Assembly: GCA_029775955.1 (NCBI GenBank)
Contig: JARVJW010000085.1
Location: 1 to 32,546 of the forward strand
DNA length: 32,546 nucleotides
Direction of reading: 5' to 3'
Origin: Nitrososphaeria archaeon
GTDB lineage: Archaea; Thermoproteota; Nitrososphaeria; Conexivisphaerales; UBA164
In this document: piece by piece, positions 1-9,624 of the stretch
How the letters are laid out: every line of letters starts with the position of its first letter
Position numbering within the stretch: position 1 is the stretch's first letter
The notes under the pieces: generated by a model
Seen by the model: only the letters and a program-made list of their open reading frames with translations
Told to the model about the DNA's origin: nothing
Databases searched by the model: none
Position numbers and translations under genes: made by a program

Positions 1-593
1 GATCTATCCCGATTGCTTTGAAATCACCCGAGCCCTGTGCTGTTTTATCCTTTATTTTATAGGTTATGCCGTATTGCATTAGGGGTATTGAATGCAGCGC
101 CTTCCTGTACCTTATCTTTCCAATTTTTTTCCCTTTGCTTTCAATAAGGCTTTTGAGGTTGTTTTGCAACCTTTTTATCAGGTATTGTTTCATCTGTGAT
201 GACAATACAATCAGCTCCCTTTCTTCGAATTTATCGCCAACCTTTATGTTTACCTTTTTGTCTTTATAATCTTTATAAGAAACAGAATTCGATATGCCTT
301 TTGATATTATGTAAACCACTTCCCTTCAAGAAAGAGCCTTTGGAGTGAGTCGAATCTTTGCTTTGATATTTTGCTTTTATCTAATTTTATTTCATATACT
401 TTTGCAGTCTGACCTTTCCGCTTGTCTCCCTGCCTTTCTCCCGTATCCTGCTGTTCTTTTCCGCACTAACCATATTATTTACCTTGACCTTCAACATGCT
501 TTTTTAACACATTACTTGTCCTATTATAGCTGTATGATTATAAATACTTTTGCTCGCTTTCATCCAAGTCAAGGGGACTTCCCGCTCGCTGAG
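1..593 (-). mobile_element. tnpB: IS200/IS605-family remnant: 5' part of a frameshifted tnpB plus left end (family A); truncated by the window start
   Basis: Minus-strand fragments from ATG at 473 read MVSAEKNSRIREKGRET / KVYEIKLDKSKISKQRFDSLQRLFLEGKWF, a TnpB-type N-terminus. 1-306 aligns with 32249-32546, which continues into a TnpB RuvC/Zn-finger C-terminus. Left-end motif at about 550-593 is flanked by TTTAA (594-598, minus). Confidence 0.8.
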
Positions 594-624
594 TTAAAAA
601 GCTGTCCAGAAAAAGGAAAGGATC

Positions 625-1110
625 AATGAACAGGAAGCAGGTTGTGAAGATGCAGGGAATATATCAGCAAGTCAGAGATGCAAGGACGGATTTCAACCAT
701 AATGTGCGATAGCCAAGCACTATGGCACAGTGATTAAAGGCTTAAATGTTCAGGGAACGCAACAAAACCACCATCTTGCAAAGAGCATACCGAATCTGGG
801 ATGGTATCAGTTCGAGGAAATGCTGGAATATAAACTCTCTTGGAGAAACGCTGAACTGATTGAAATAGGACGTTATGAATCATCTTAAAAGATGTGCTCT
901 GAATGTGGAAACGTGAAGCTCTTTGAAAGAATATTGTGATATGTGGTCTTTCAATGGACAGGGATTTGAATGCAGCTATAAGCATCCTGAAATCGGGTCT
1001 AATAAAAGTAGGAACACTCGAATTGACGCCTGTGGAAAGCTACGGTGAACTCTAAAAAGTAGGTTGCCACTCTATGAAGTAGGAACCATTAAAGGGTTGG
1101 AGGATGTCAG
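625..1110 (+). mobile_element. tnpB: Decayed tnpB 3' half with IS200/IS605 right end (family B)
   Basis: Broken frames contain CSECGNV and CGLSMDRDLNAAISIL (Zn finger and RuvC-III). The segment ends in GGAGGATGTCA, the same right-end motif as at 16349. Confidence 0.75.
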
Positions 1111-1237
1111 TTTGTCGTCTTCAGCTATTTTCGCTTCCCTGAGCGCTTCTGTGAATCCTTCATAAAGCCGACGTAATTTGTAGATGACCTCTTATACCCC
1201 ACAAATTTAAAAGTGCATATTTTTAGCCCGTAAATTA

Positions 1238-3910
1238 TTAAACGGTAGTTGACTTTCTGTGCTTCTTATTGAGCTCTGCCTGCGCTGCCGCAAGCCTGGC
1301 TATTGGAACCCTAAACGGCGAGGCACTTACGTAATCAACGTCAATGCTGTTGAATTTTTCTATTGATTCTGGGTCTCCACCTGTTTCACCACACACGCCA
1401 ACTTCAAGCTCTGGATTCGCTTCCTTGCCCTCCTTTGAGCCTATTGCGACGAGCCTGCCAACTCCTTCAGCATCAAGTGTGGAAAATGGATCAGCCGGCA
1501 GTACCTTGCTGTCAACATAAAATGGTATAAATTTTGCTTCAACATCGTCCCTGCTGAACGCAAAAGTTGCCTGGGTGAGGTCATTTGTGCCAAAGGAGAA
1601 AAAGTCAGCGTACTTGGCTATCCTTGATGCAGTGAGCGCGGCTCTTGGCGTTTCTATCATGGTTCCCACTTTGTACTTTATTGTTTTTCCGCTGGCTTTC
1701 ATTGTTTCTTCAGCAACCCTCGTAACTATCTCCTTTGCACGCCTGAGTTCCTCCGCTTCTGCAAGCTGTGAAATCATTACTTCAACTATTGGAGCTTCAC
1801 CTTCTTCATTTAAAACTTCCAGTGCTGCCTCAAATATTGCAGCAACCTGCATCTCATATATCTCAGGATACATTAGCGCTAGCCTGACCCCTCTCTGACC
1901 CATCATTGGATTGTACTCTTTTAGCTCCATTACTCTCTTCAGAACTTTTTCCTTCTCGGCCAGCAGCTGTCTATCTTTTCCAGTTAACCTCAACTCTGTG
2001 ACTTCTGGCAGTATTTCCTCAAGCTTTGGCAGAAATTCGTGCAAAGGCATATCCAGCAGCCTTATCGTAACTGGCAGCCCCTTCATTATTTTGAATAATG
2101 CCTTAAAGTCGTTCTTTTGCAGGGGTTTGATCTGGTTAAGGTACTTTTTCCTTTCCTCCACAGTGTCAGACAGTATCATTTTTTGCACCATAATGAGCCT
2201 GTCAGGGGCATTAAACATCCTTTCTGTCCTGGCAAGCCCTATGCCCTCTGCCCTATTTTCACTTGCCTTCGCTGCCATTTCTGGAGTATCGGCGTTTGCC
2301 CTTACCTTTAGCCTTCTAAAGCTGTCAGCCCACTCAAGTATCTGGGCTACGCCGCCACTCAGCTTTGGCTCTACAAGTGACAGCTCCCCCTCAAATACAC
2401 TTCCTGTCGTTCCATCTATTGTTATTATTTCTCCCTCCTTTACTGTTTTACCATTGACTTCAAAATAATGCATGTCCATGTTTATCTTTATTGATTCTGC
2501 ACCTACAATGCAGGGCTTTCCCATGCCTCTGGTGACAACCGCCGCATGGCTTGTCATGCCACCCCTGCTCGTCAGAATGCCATCTGCTGCAGCTATTCCC
2601 ACTATATCTTCTGGTGTAGTTTCTGGCCTGACAAGAATTACCTTCTCTCCTCTCTTTTTCAATTCCTGCGCTTTTTCATTTGTAAAAATAACTTTGCCAA
2701 TAGCAGCTCCTGGCGATGCTGCAAGCCCCTTTGCTATTGGTGAGATTTTTATGTTTGGATCAACCTGTTTATATAGGAGGGTTTGAATCTGGTTTGGCTC
2801 GACCCTGAGCACGGCCTCCTCCTTTTTTATCAATCCCTCGTTTACCATATCAATGGCTATTTTAACTGCAGCTGCAGCTGTCCTTTTGGCATTCCTGGTC
2901 TGCAGCATGTAAAGTTTCCCACTTTCAACTGTAAACTCTATATCCTGCATGTCCTTGAAATACTTCTCCAGCTTACTGGCTATATCTTCAAGTTGCATGT
3001 ATGCTTCTGGCATTATTTCCTTTAGCTTTTCGACAGGTAAAGGCGTTCTTATTCCAGCAACGACATCCTCTCCCTGAGCCTTAAGCAAAAACTCACCATA
3101 AAACTTCTTTTCACCAGTTGATGGGTTCCTTGTAAATGCAACGCCTGTTCCACTTCTATCATCCATGTTGCCAAATACCATCATTACTATGTTTACAGCA
3201 GTGCCTAGTTCATCTGGTATTTTGTAAATCTTCCTGTACTCAATTGCCCTCTGGGTCCACCAGGATTCAAAAACTGCGCCCACAGCCATAAATAGCTGTT
3301 CCCATGGATCCTGAGGCAGGTCCTTTCCCGTATTATCCTTTATTATTTTCTTGTACCTTTTAACAAGTTCTCTCCATCCTTCTGCTGAAACTTCTATATC
3401 ATTTTTAACTTTCAGTTCATCTTTCAACCTTTCCAGCTCCCTGTCAAATAGCTCCCCTGAGACTTTCATTACAATTTTGCCAAATAGCTGTATAAAGCGC
3501 CTGTACGTATCATAAGCAAACCTTTCATCATTAAATTTTTTAGCCACAGCATCAACAACAGTATCGTTTATGCCAAGGTTAAGCACCGTATCCATCATTC
3601 CAGGCATTGAATATGGAGCTCCTGACCTGACAGATACCAATAGAGGGTTGTTTGTGTCATTAAACCTCTTTCCCACTTTACTTTCAAGCGCTTTTACCTT
3701 TTGAGTTATTGCATCCTGCAATTCAGGCCACAGCTTTTTCTCCCTCTTAAAATATTCATTGCACATCCTAGTTGTTATTACCACGCCCGAAGGCACAGGA
3801 AGCCCAAGCCTTGTCATTTCAACTAGGCCATACCCTTTTCCACCAAGCTCAAACTTTGTTAAATTCAGCGAAGCTGCTTCTTCAAACAGATACACTTCTA
3901 CCTGACTCAT
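1238..3910 (-). CDS. ppdK: Pyruvate, phosphate dikinase
   Basis: 890 aa. Motifs LGGKG, PLLVSVRSGA-SMPGMMDTVLNLG, QGEDVVAGIRTP, phospho-His motif GGMTSHAAVV, FSFGTNDLTQ and the catalytic Cys in GVCGE. Confidence 0.97.
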   Translation of the reverse strand: MSQVEVYLFEEAASLNLTKFELGGKGYGLVEMTRLGLPVPSGVVITTRMCNEYFKREKKLWPELQDAITQKVKALESKVGKRFNDTNNPLLVSVRSGAPYSMPGMMDTVLNLGINDTVVDAVAKKFNDERFAYDTYRRFIQLFGKIVMKVSGELFDRELERLKDELKVKNDIEVSAEGWRELVKRYKKIIKDNTGKDLPQDPWEQLFMAVGAVFESWWTQRAIEYRKIYKIPDELGTAVNIVMMVFGNMDDRSGTGVAFTRNPSTGEKKFYGEFLLKAQGEDVVAGIRTPLPVEKLKEIMPEAYMQLEDIASKLEKYFKDMQDIEFTVESGKLYMLQTRNAKRTAAAAVKIAIDMVNEGLIKKEEAVLRVEPNQIQTLLYKQVDPNIKISPIAKGLAASPGAAIGKVIFTNEKAQELKKRGEKVILVRPETTPEDIVGIAAADGILTSRGGMTSHAAVVTRGMGKPCIVGAESIKINMDMHYFEVNGKTVKEGEIITIDGTTGSVFEGELSLVEPKLSGGVAQILEWADSFRRLKVRANADTPEMAAKASENRAEGIGLARTERMFNAPDRLIMVQKMILSDTVEERKKYLNQIKPLQKNDFKALFKIMKGLPVTIRLLDMPLHEFLPKLEEILPEVTELRLTGKDRQLLAEKEKVLKRVMELKEYNPMMGQRGVRLALMYPEIYEMQVAAIFEAALEVLNEEGEAPIVEVMISQLAEAEELRRAKEIVTRVAEETMKASGKTIKYKVGTMIETPRAALTASRIAKYADFFSFGTNDLTQATFAFSRDDVEAKFIPFYVDSKVLPADPFSTLDAEGVGRLVAIGSKEGKEANPELEVGVCGETGGDPESIEKFNSIDVDYVSASPFRVPIARLAAAQAELNKKHRKSTTV

Positions 3911-3932
3911 ATGACATGCATCAAGCCTAATA

Positions 3933-3940
3933 TTATATAA
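3933..3940 (-). promoter_or_regulatory. TATA box of ppdK (probable leaderless mRNA)
   Basis: TTATATAA on the minus strand starts 30 nt upstream of the ATG at 3910; no SD motif. Confidence 0.55.
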
Positions 3941-4022
3941 GTGTTAACCCTTGCAATAGCTTGTGTCACGTTCCAAAATTGTTAAATTGGTTGTGCACAA
4001 AAAGTTGAAAACAGCAAAGTCT

Positions 4023-4472
4023 TCTGACATACTCTCCACCCTAAAGGGTTCTAAGGTCTCCATCATCCTTGAAGTTGCCTCTTTGGGTATGTGCTCCCTT
4101 TGCACGCATCTGCATGCAATTGACTTCCCATTAAAGGTGGACGCAACGCTATGTTGAATAAAGCGTTTGCATCAGCGTGGTCAACGTGCCCACATTGGCA
4201 CTTCCCTGAGCGGTTGCCTATCTGTCCACACCTTGAACATTCCTTCAATGTATGATACGGATCAACAACGCGCATTCCAAGTAGTCTGGCTTTGTATTCT
4301 AGCATCTGTTATAGAATGACCAGCTATTCAAGGAATACCTGAAATTTCTGCTAGATTTTGCATTTCTTATCCCCTGCAGATATTCAAGCTTAATTCCAAC
4401 TCTGTTTCGCTTCCTCTTTTCTTTGATGCTTTATGGTTCAGGTCTTTTTTTTATATTTTTCTTTATCATTTA
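4023..4472 (-). mobile_element. tnpB: Decayed tnpB 3' half and right end (family C, copy 1); near-identical to 13424-13873
   Basis: ORF 4063-4305 reads [33 protein letters not shown]. Right end GAGAGTATGTCA. Direct repeat of 450 bp. Confidence 0.85.
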
Positions 4473-5407
4473 GCTTGTAGCTCAACTTGACACTTATGTC
4501 AACTATTTCTGTCATCACCTGATTTACAGTGTTTGTCATCAAGTGTTGTCATGCCCATTGATATGTCCTGGCACGACTATAACGAAGCATTAGTGGAAAG
4601 GGAAAGCATGATCCTAGACTTCCTGGACTCCTGGAGGGAGGAGCTGCGAGAGATGAACGGCAGCAATAAGGTAGGTTCGTGTGCCCAGATTCGTACATCG
4701 AATTCCCCTCGTACCTCAAAGTTGGCCTTGACATACAGGACCGTACAGGGGATTACCAGGTCGCTCTCCTAATACATTAAACCCATGCAGGAGGTACACT
4801 TTACTCAAATAAGGATGCTTTCCATGGTGAGGAAAAGGAAGTTAGGGCCGATCACGGCTACAAATGACAAGGAGGGGCCATAGTTGTGGACTCGGCATAT
4901 CCACCACAAAGAAGGGCCCCTATATAGAGCAGATGTGGAGGAGGGAAAGGAGGAAGTTCATCAGGCTGCACACAATGGCCGATAGGAAGGGCAAGGTGGT
5001 CGGGTTCAGGGTCACCTCTGAAAGGACTGGCGATACCAAGAAGTTTGTGCCCCTCGTAAAGGAGACAGTAAGGAAGAAGGGGAACGTAACGAAGGCCGAC
5101 GCCGCCTACGACTCAAAGAAGAACTTCAACCTGCTTGGCTGGGCATAGAGCCGGCCATAAACCTGAGGGAGAACGCTGTAACCAACTCTGAGGGGTCCTA
5201 TGCTAGGAAGCGGGCTAAGGAGTACGGTGGCTGGTGGAGATATTCTTCTCGGCGTTCAAGAGGGTGACAGCGTAAGCTCTAGACGATTTCAGAAGGCTGA
5301 GCTGTCACTAAAGGTGTTACTGTACAGCAGGTTTTAGTACATGTAGGGAAAGACGAGACCCGTCCTACGGAGAGGAATTGCATTAACAGGAGTTGAGCTA
5401 CAAGCTA
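4471..5407 (+). mobile_element. IS5-family element with frameshifted DDE transposase
   Basis: Perfect 17-bp terminal inverted repeats TAGCTTGTAGCTCAACT (4471-4487) / AGTTGAGCTACAAGCTA (5391-5407). Transposase fragments MSWHDYNEALVER..FLDSWREELREMN (from 4563) and KFIRLH..ADAAYDSKKNF. Confidence 0.85.
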
Positions 5408-5594
5408 GACTTCGAGGAAATACTTATAAACCAAACGGCATGCCCAAAGTGCTTTTCCAATAAAACCTTATGCTGCTCATTGTGATACAATCGCACTTTG
5501 AGAGCCTTAATCATTGCTTACACAATATGTTAATTGTTCATAAACATAGTGATTCATCCCCTGCCTGAAAAGGCATGGGCTTGCTCAAATTTTG
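5408..5594 (-). mobile_element. tnpB: 5' fragment of a different tnpB (HTH N-terminus) with left-end hairpin (family D)
   Basis: Minus strand reads MIKALKVRLYHNEQHKVLLEKHFG. Left-end imperfect hairpin CCCCTGCCTGAAAAGGCATGGG, flanked by TTTAC on the minus strand. Confidence 0.65.
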
Positions 5595-5685
5595 GTAAAC
5601 ATTGAAAGGTTTGCCCAACCACCTAGGGACAATTGGCGCAAGCGAAGCGCAGAGGCAAATTACATATTTGAAGGTTTACACCACC

Positions 5686-6062
5686 GTCAACTACTAACCC
5701 CCTTGTCGCTTGCCTTTCCGCAGGCATGGATTCACTTAGCTAACGATTAGCTTGTTGAGAACAGCACTAAGATTTACCTTAAATGTTCCTTGAGGCATTT
5801 AATCAAAAACCACAGTTCAGGCAATTAAATTACCCTTCCTGTTATCAATGTAATTGTATCTGAGCATTTTTGTGATTAGGGTCCACAAGCAACACCTTTT
5901 TGCCCATGGCTTTGTATTTGATAACTTGCTTGAAGAGACCGAGCTTGAACCCCCTTTCCCGTTTTTCATCTTATTAGGCTCAAGGCGTCAATGGCAGGTT
6001 TTGATATTACATGGTTAAGCACTAACCGTCTTTGCTGTGAGTATAACGAGTGTCCACGTGCT
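5686..6062 (-). mobile_element. tnpB: Decayed tnpB 3' end and right end (family E, copy 1); homologous to 20573-20960
   Basis: Direct sequence match to 20573 onward. Contains a CLNCGF Zn-finger remnant and the right-end motif GTAGTTGAC. Confidence 0.75.
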
Positions 6063-6604
6063 TAGTTAGAATATATCAGATTTCCGTTCATGTATACGTT
6101 GGTGTGGGTGGGGACCGCACGCCTCAGTGTATTATGGACGTAGCATAGCCCTTCAGCGTCCCTGCATAGCCCTTCAGCGTCATTGGACGCGCCCCTTATC
6201 CGTTCAACGCTTTCAGAACCGGTCAACATTATGTCAAAGGTCAAGCTTCTGAAAAGGCCATTTATTCTCCTGTCAATCTGCCCGGTCACCGTTGCGTTTA
6301 GCGTGTCCACCTTCAGCCCTTTGCTTATGATCAACGCTGCCCATTGGGTTAGAAAGCACGCACCTGCGCCCATTAGGAATGTCTCCAAAGGCGTCACTCC
6401 ATTACCCTGCCCACCCCTCTCTGGTGATTCATCTATATCCAGCGAAAGTCCTCTCCCTTCTGAGGCAGTTCCCCTGAAGTGAAGGTGCTCCAGATGTTCC
6501 AGCTTCACCTTGACGGTGCCTGGAAGCTCCTCCTTTGCACTTTGCCTCATTTTTATGTGATCATTTATTCGGTTCAAAAGGACCTTGTCATGGCTAATTT
6601 TCAT
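6062..6604 (-). CDS. OsmC/Ohr-family (YhfA-like) protein with an internal 7-aa duplication
   Basis: 180 aa. Motifs DESPERGGQGNGVTPLETFLMGAGAC and AEGLCYVHNTL supply the two conserved Cys contexts. TATATATA lies about 32 nt upstream. Confidence 0.8.
   Translation of the reverse strand: MKISHDKVLLNRINDHIKMRQSAKEELPGTVKVKLEHLEHLHFRGTASEGRGLSLDIDESPERGGQGNGVTPLETFLMGAGACFLTQWAALIISKGLKVDTLNATVTGQIDRRINGLFRSLTFDIMLTGSESVERIRGASNDAEGLCRDAEGLCYVHNTLRRAVPTHTNVYMNGNLIYSN
6143..6181. repeat. 18-bp direct repeat with 3-bp spacer inside the OsmC-like gene
   Basis: GCATAGCCCTTCAGCGTC at 6143-6160 and 6164-6181; encodes DAEGLC-R-DAEGLC. Confidence 0.95.
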
Positions 6605-6787
6605 CTTACTACTTTTATATTAGGCTCATATATATACCTATCTCTATGATCGGCTGTGGGACAAAATTCCACAGATGGGGCACTGATGTCGTCTTGCATG
6701 GCCACAGAGGTTATAGCGGGCGCTGCATCATGGACGAAGCCCATCCCAAGGGCAGGAACTGCATAACAGGATTTTTGCTTCAAGCTA

Positions 6788-8185
6788 CTAAGGAGCTGTT
6801 TTTTGTTGCTTCTGTTCAATCGCTTGCTTCTTACCAAACCATTTAGGTATTAAATTTGCGATTAAATTCAGGAATATTGCTGTCAGTGTAGCAAGTACTA
6901 TAGGGCTGATAATAGCTGCTTTGAGATATGATGGTATACCTGAGAACGCAATTGCGGGTACAGATGAGATTCCTAAGCCAAGTGCAAGTGAAATAGCAAC
7001 TATAAGCATGTTCTTGTTATTCCATGTCATTTGTGAAATTATTCTGAGCCCAGTAATAAGAAGCATCGAATATATTACGAGAAAGGCTGACCCGAGTACA
7101 GCATCTGGAATTGAAACTATGAACGCCCCTATTTTAGGAATAAAGCCAAGTATTATAAGGAATATACCAGTAGCTGTAAAAACGCGCCTAGCCCCCACTC
7201 TTGTTATTTGAATTGCACCCACGTTTTGCGCAAATGTTGTTGTGCTCATACCACCAATTAACAACGCTATAATTGATCCGATGATTTCTCCGGTCAATCC
7301 TTTTCTTACTCTTGAATCTTCAACCTTTACATTGTCCAGATCACCTACCGTATAATAGACACCAACTGCTTCTGTAACCAACATCAGTGTTGCTATAAAC
7401 ACAGCAAGTATGGCAACTTCTATTCCTAACGATGTTATCTGTACGCCGTATCTGACAAAAAAGGGTACAGGGATCGCCACCAATGGGTAAGATACAACCT
7501 TGGACATGCTCATTATGCCAACCCCATATGAGAATATTGCACCAATAAACAGCCCAATTATAATTGATCCAAAACGAAGTATCCCCTTTTTGAATATAAA
7601 TATCAAGGCTAGAATTACAACTATTGTTATAAATCCACCAAGATCTGGTAGAAATTTGTAACCGCTATCATTTATTAATCCTATCGCAGCCCCTATTAGG
7701 ACAACACCAATAATTGTAATCAAAACTCCGTATACTTGTGGATCACGCACAAGTACAAGAAGGTATTCTATTATGCTTTTTTTACCGTTTTTAGATGGAA
7801 TAAATGGTACTAAGAAGAGTCCTATTATTATTGCAGAAATAAGAGCTGATGATATAAAAGACGCGAAGCTGACTCCAAGTGTAGCTAATGTCACACCGAC
7901 GCCGCTTATTGAAGCGCCAATTCCCTGTGCAACTGGCAATCTCAACAAGACTGCTGATTGTAACAGTGTAGTGACTCCTGATCCTATAAGCACAGCCTGA
8001 ATTAGGTAAATTAGATTAGCTGGTGGCATATGGAATGCTACTCCTAGCACAACAGGAAGTGCAAACACGCTATCCATAACTAGAAGCTGTTCAAATCCAT
8101 AAACAATGTATTCCCAGATCGAAAGTTTATCTTCAAAATGATAGTAAAGTGAATTCTCATCAGAAGTTTTATTATTTACCATCAA
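6788..8185 (-). CDS. NCS2/NAT nucleobase:cation symporter, xanthine/uric acid-type signature
   Basis: 465 aa, polytopic membrane protein. RLPVAQG motif, NAT signature QNVGAIQITR, and PK..A.I.SIP.AVLG. TATA TTTAAATA lies about 27-30 nt upstream. Confidence 0.9.
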   Translation of the reverse strand: MMVNNKTSDENSLYYHFEDKLSIWEYIVYGFEQLLVMDSVFALPVVLGVAFHMPPANLIYLIQAVLIGSGVTTLLQSAVLLRLPVAQGIGASISGVGVTLATLGVSFASFISSALISAIIIGLFLVPFIPSKNGKKSIIEYLLVLVRDPQVYGVLITIIGVVLIGAAIGLINDSGYKFLPDLGGFITIVVILALIFIFKKGILRFGSIIIGLFIGAIFSYGVGIMSMSKVVSYPLVAIPVPFFVRYGVQITSLGIEVAILAVFIATLMLVTEAVGVYYTVGDLDNVKVEDSRVRKGLTGEIIGSIIALLIGGMSTTTFAQNVGAIQITRVGARRVFTATGIFLIILGFIPKIGAFIVSIPDAVLGSAFLVIYSMLLITGLRIISQMTWNNKNMLIVAISLALGLGISSVPAIAFSGIPSYLKAAIISPIVLATLTAIFLNLIANLIPKWFGKKQAIEQKQQKTAP

Positions 8186-8226
8186 TTAACATAAAATAGA
8201 CTAATATTTAAATATATATGCCGCCC

Positions 8227-9476
8227 TGCTCTGTTGAACAAATATCCCTGAGTGCTTATCATTCTCAGATCTCTTCTAGGATTTCTGATCAGTTCATCGC
8301 TTTCACCAACTGCTTTGCCCTCTGGTTCATGTAGTATGCCCAGAACCTCTGGTATCCCTCTGCTTCCAGTCCTGTGGTACATCGGCTTACGCAATTCTCC
8401 CCAAACTTCACAGCGGAGAATATTCCTTCCGTGCCTGGCCACCTCATTCCATATTGCTCCTGATCCGCCCATTCCCTTTCTCTTGATAGTCCCTTATTGC
8501 CTGTCTTAGATCCCCTGCACTGGATGCATTCTTCCTGACCTTTATGACCGGCCTGGCTCCTATTAAATGCATGAGATCGAAGAGATCGTTGGTATCGAAT
8601 GCACAGTCACAAAAGCACCAACTTTCACTCCTCTCAGCACTGCATCTCTCAAGTGCTTCTCCGCAGTCTCTGGTTCAGATGGACCTGAACCCTCCATGTG
8701 CACCTTTATTCCTATGATCTTCTTTGTCCGCACATCGGCGGTGATTATGAGATGCTTCTTCTGCCGTGCATCTGGATCACCATATCCTGTATGATCCTGC
8801 GTTGCCTGCCTTCATGCCTGTACCGTCGGTTGCAAGGCCTGCATGTTCCAGGCCCGATACCATATGGTTGTATAATCGCCGTATTCCGGTATGAGCCCCT
8901 TACTCTGCATTGATCTTGCAAGACCGCGATAGTCAAGATGCTGCTTCCAGAGCATCATGAATTTCATTCCGGGAAGCATGTAGATCCGCGTTTTCCCAGA
9001 TTCATGAGCTTCAGCTCGGAATCCCACTGATCAGCGAAATCGAGATCAAAGAGGAATGTTCCCCTTATCACCAGTTCCTCGTTGTATGCCTTCCAGTCTC
9101 TCCTGCCCTTGTAAGGTTTTCCCCACCTTGAGTATAGTATACAACAGGCATATATTTATATTCTCAGAAACCTTCCAGTTGTTGTGGAAACGGCCTGATA
9201 TCGTTCACTATGAGATGACAGGAATAGGGGAGAGATCTCAAAGTTCTACCGTGATCGGTATGAGAGCTACCCGATACAGATCAAGGAAGGCTTGACAAGA
9301 TCAGGAACATACGCTATTCCAAGGGTGTGTTCATGATAAGAGGGGAGGATCGGGGAAAGGTTGTCTCTTACCTGAGAAAAAGGGGCGCAACTGTGGTCCT
9401 GTGGAAAGTTATTCCTAGCAGGAAGAAAAAAAGCTCCTGGAGCTACAGGTCACTTAAATATTTGTTCAACACAGCA
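8227..9476 (-). mobile_element. IS5/IS903-like element with fragmented transposase (about 8250-9151, minus) and a divergent passenger ORF
   Basis: 19-bp inverted repeats TGCTCTGTTGAACAAATAT (8227-8245) and 9458-9476, 18/19 matching and resembling the IS903 end. Possible degenerate target duplication TGCCGCCC/TGTCGCCA. Transposase fragments DWKAYNEELVIRGTFLFD and DYTTIWYR. Confidence 0.85.
9184..9457 (+). pseudogene. Frameshifted small passenger ORF inside the IS (possible Cas2/VapD-like ferredoxin fold)
   Basis: GTG at 9184 with TTTATA about 29 nt upstream. Fragments EISKFYRD (9232) and LDKIRNIRYSKGVFMIRGEDRGKVVSYLRKRGATVVLWKVIPS (9291-9419). TAA at 9455-9457 abuts the inverted repeat. Confidence 0.45.
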
Positions 9477-9624
9477 TGTCGCCAGTACACGATATATTAA
9501 TAAACTATAAATTCAGGAACACATTTATAAATGCAACACAACTGTTTATCGATCACTTAACATCCATTTTTATTTACAAATATCTCCTGATTTAATCATC
9601 TAAAAGCGAATCTTGGCTATATCG

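Noticed and set aside
1575..3025. Plus-strand ORFs inside ppdK, and similar antisense ORFs inside the other genes
   Set aside because: They are shadow frames of well-supported opposite-strand genes.
1238..3910. PPDK motif variants GLARTERMF and CGETGG
   Set aside because: The catalytic His and Cys are intact; likely lineage variation with no evidence for altered function.
6601..6837. 78-aa ORF between the permease and the OsmC-like gene
   Set aside because: No recognisable motif, it overlaps the permease by 50 bp, and it spans the OsmC gene's TATA box.
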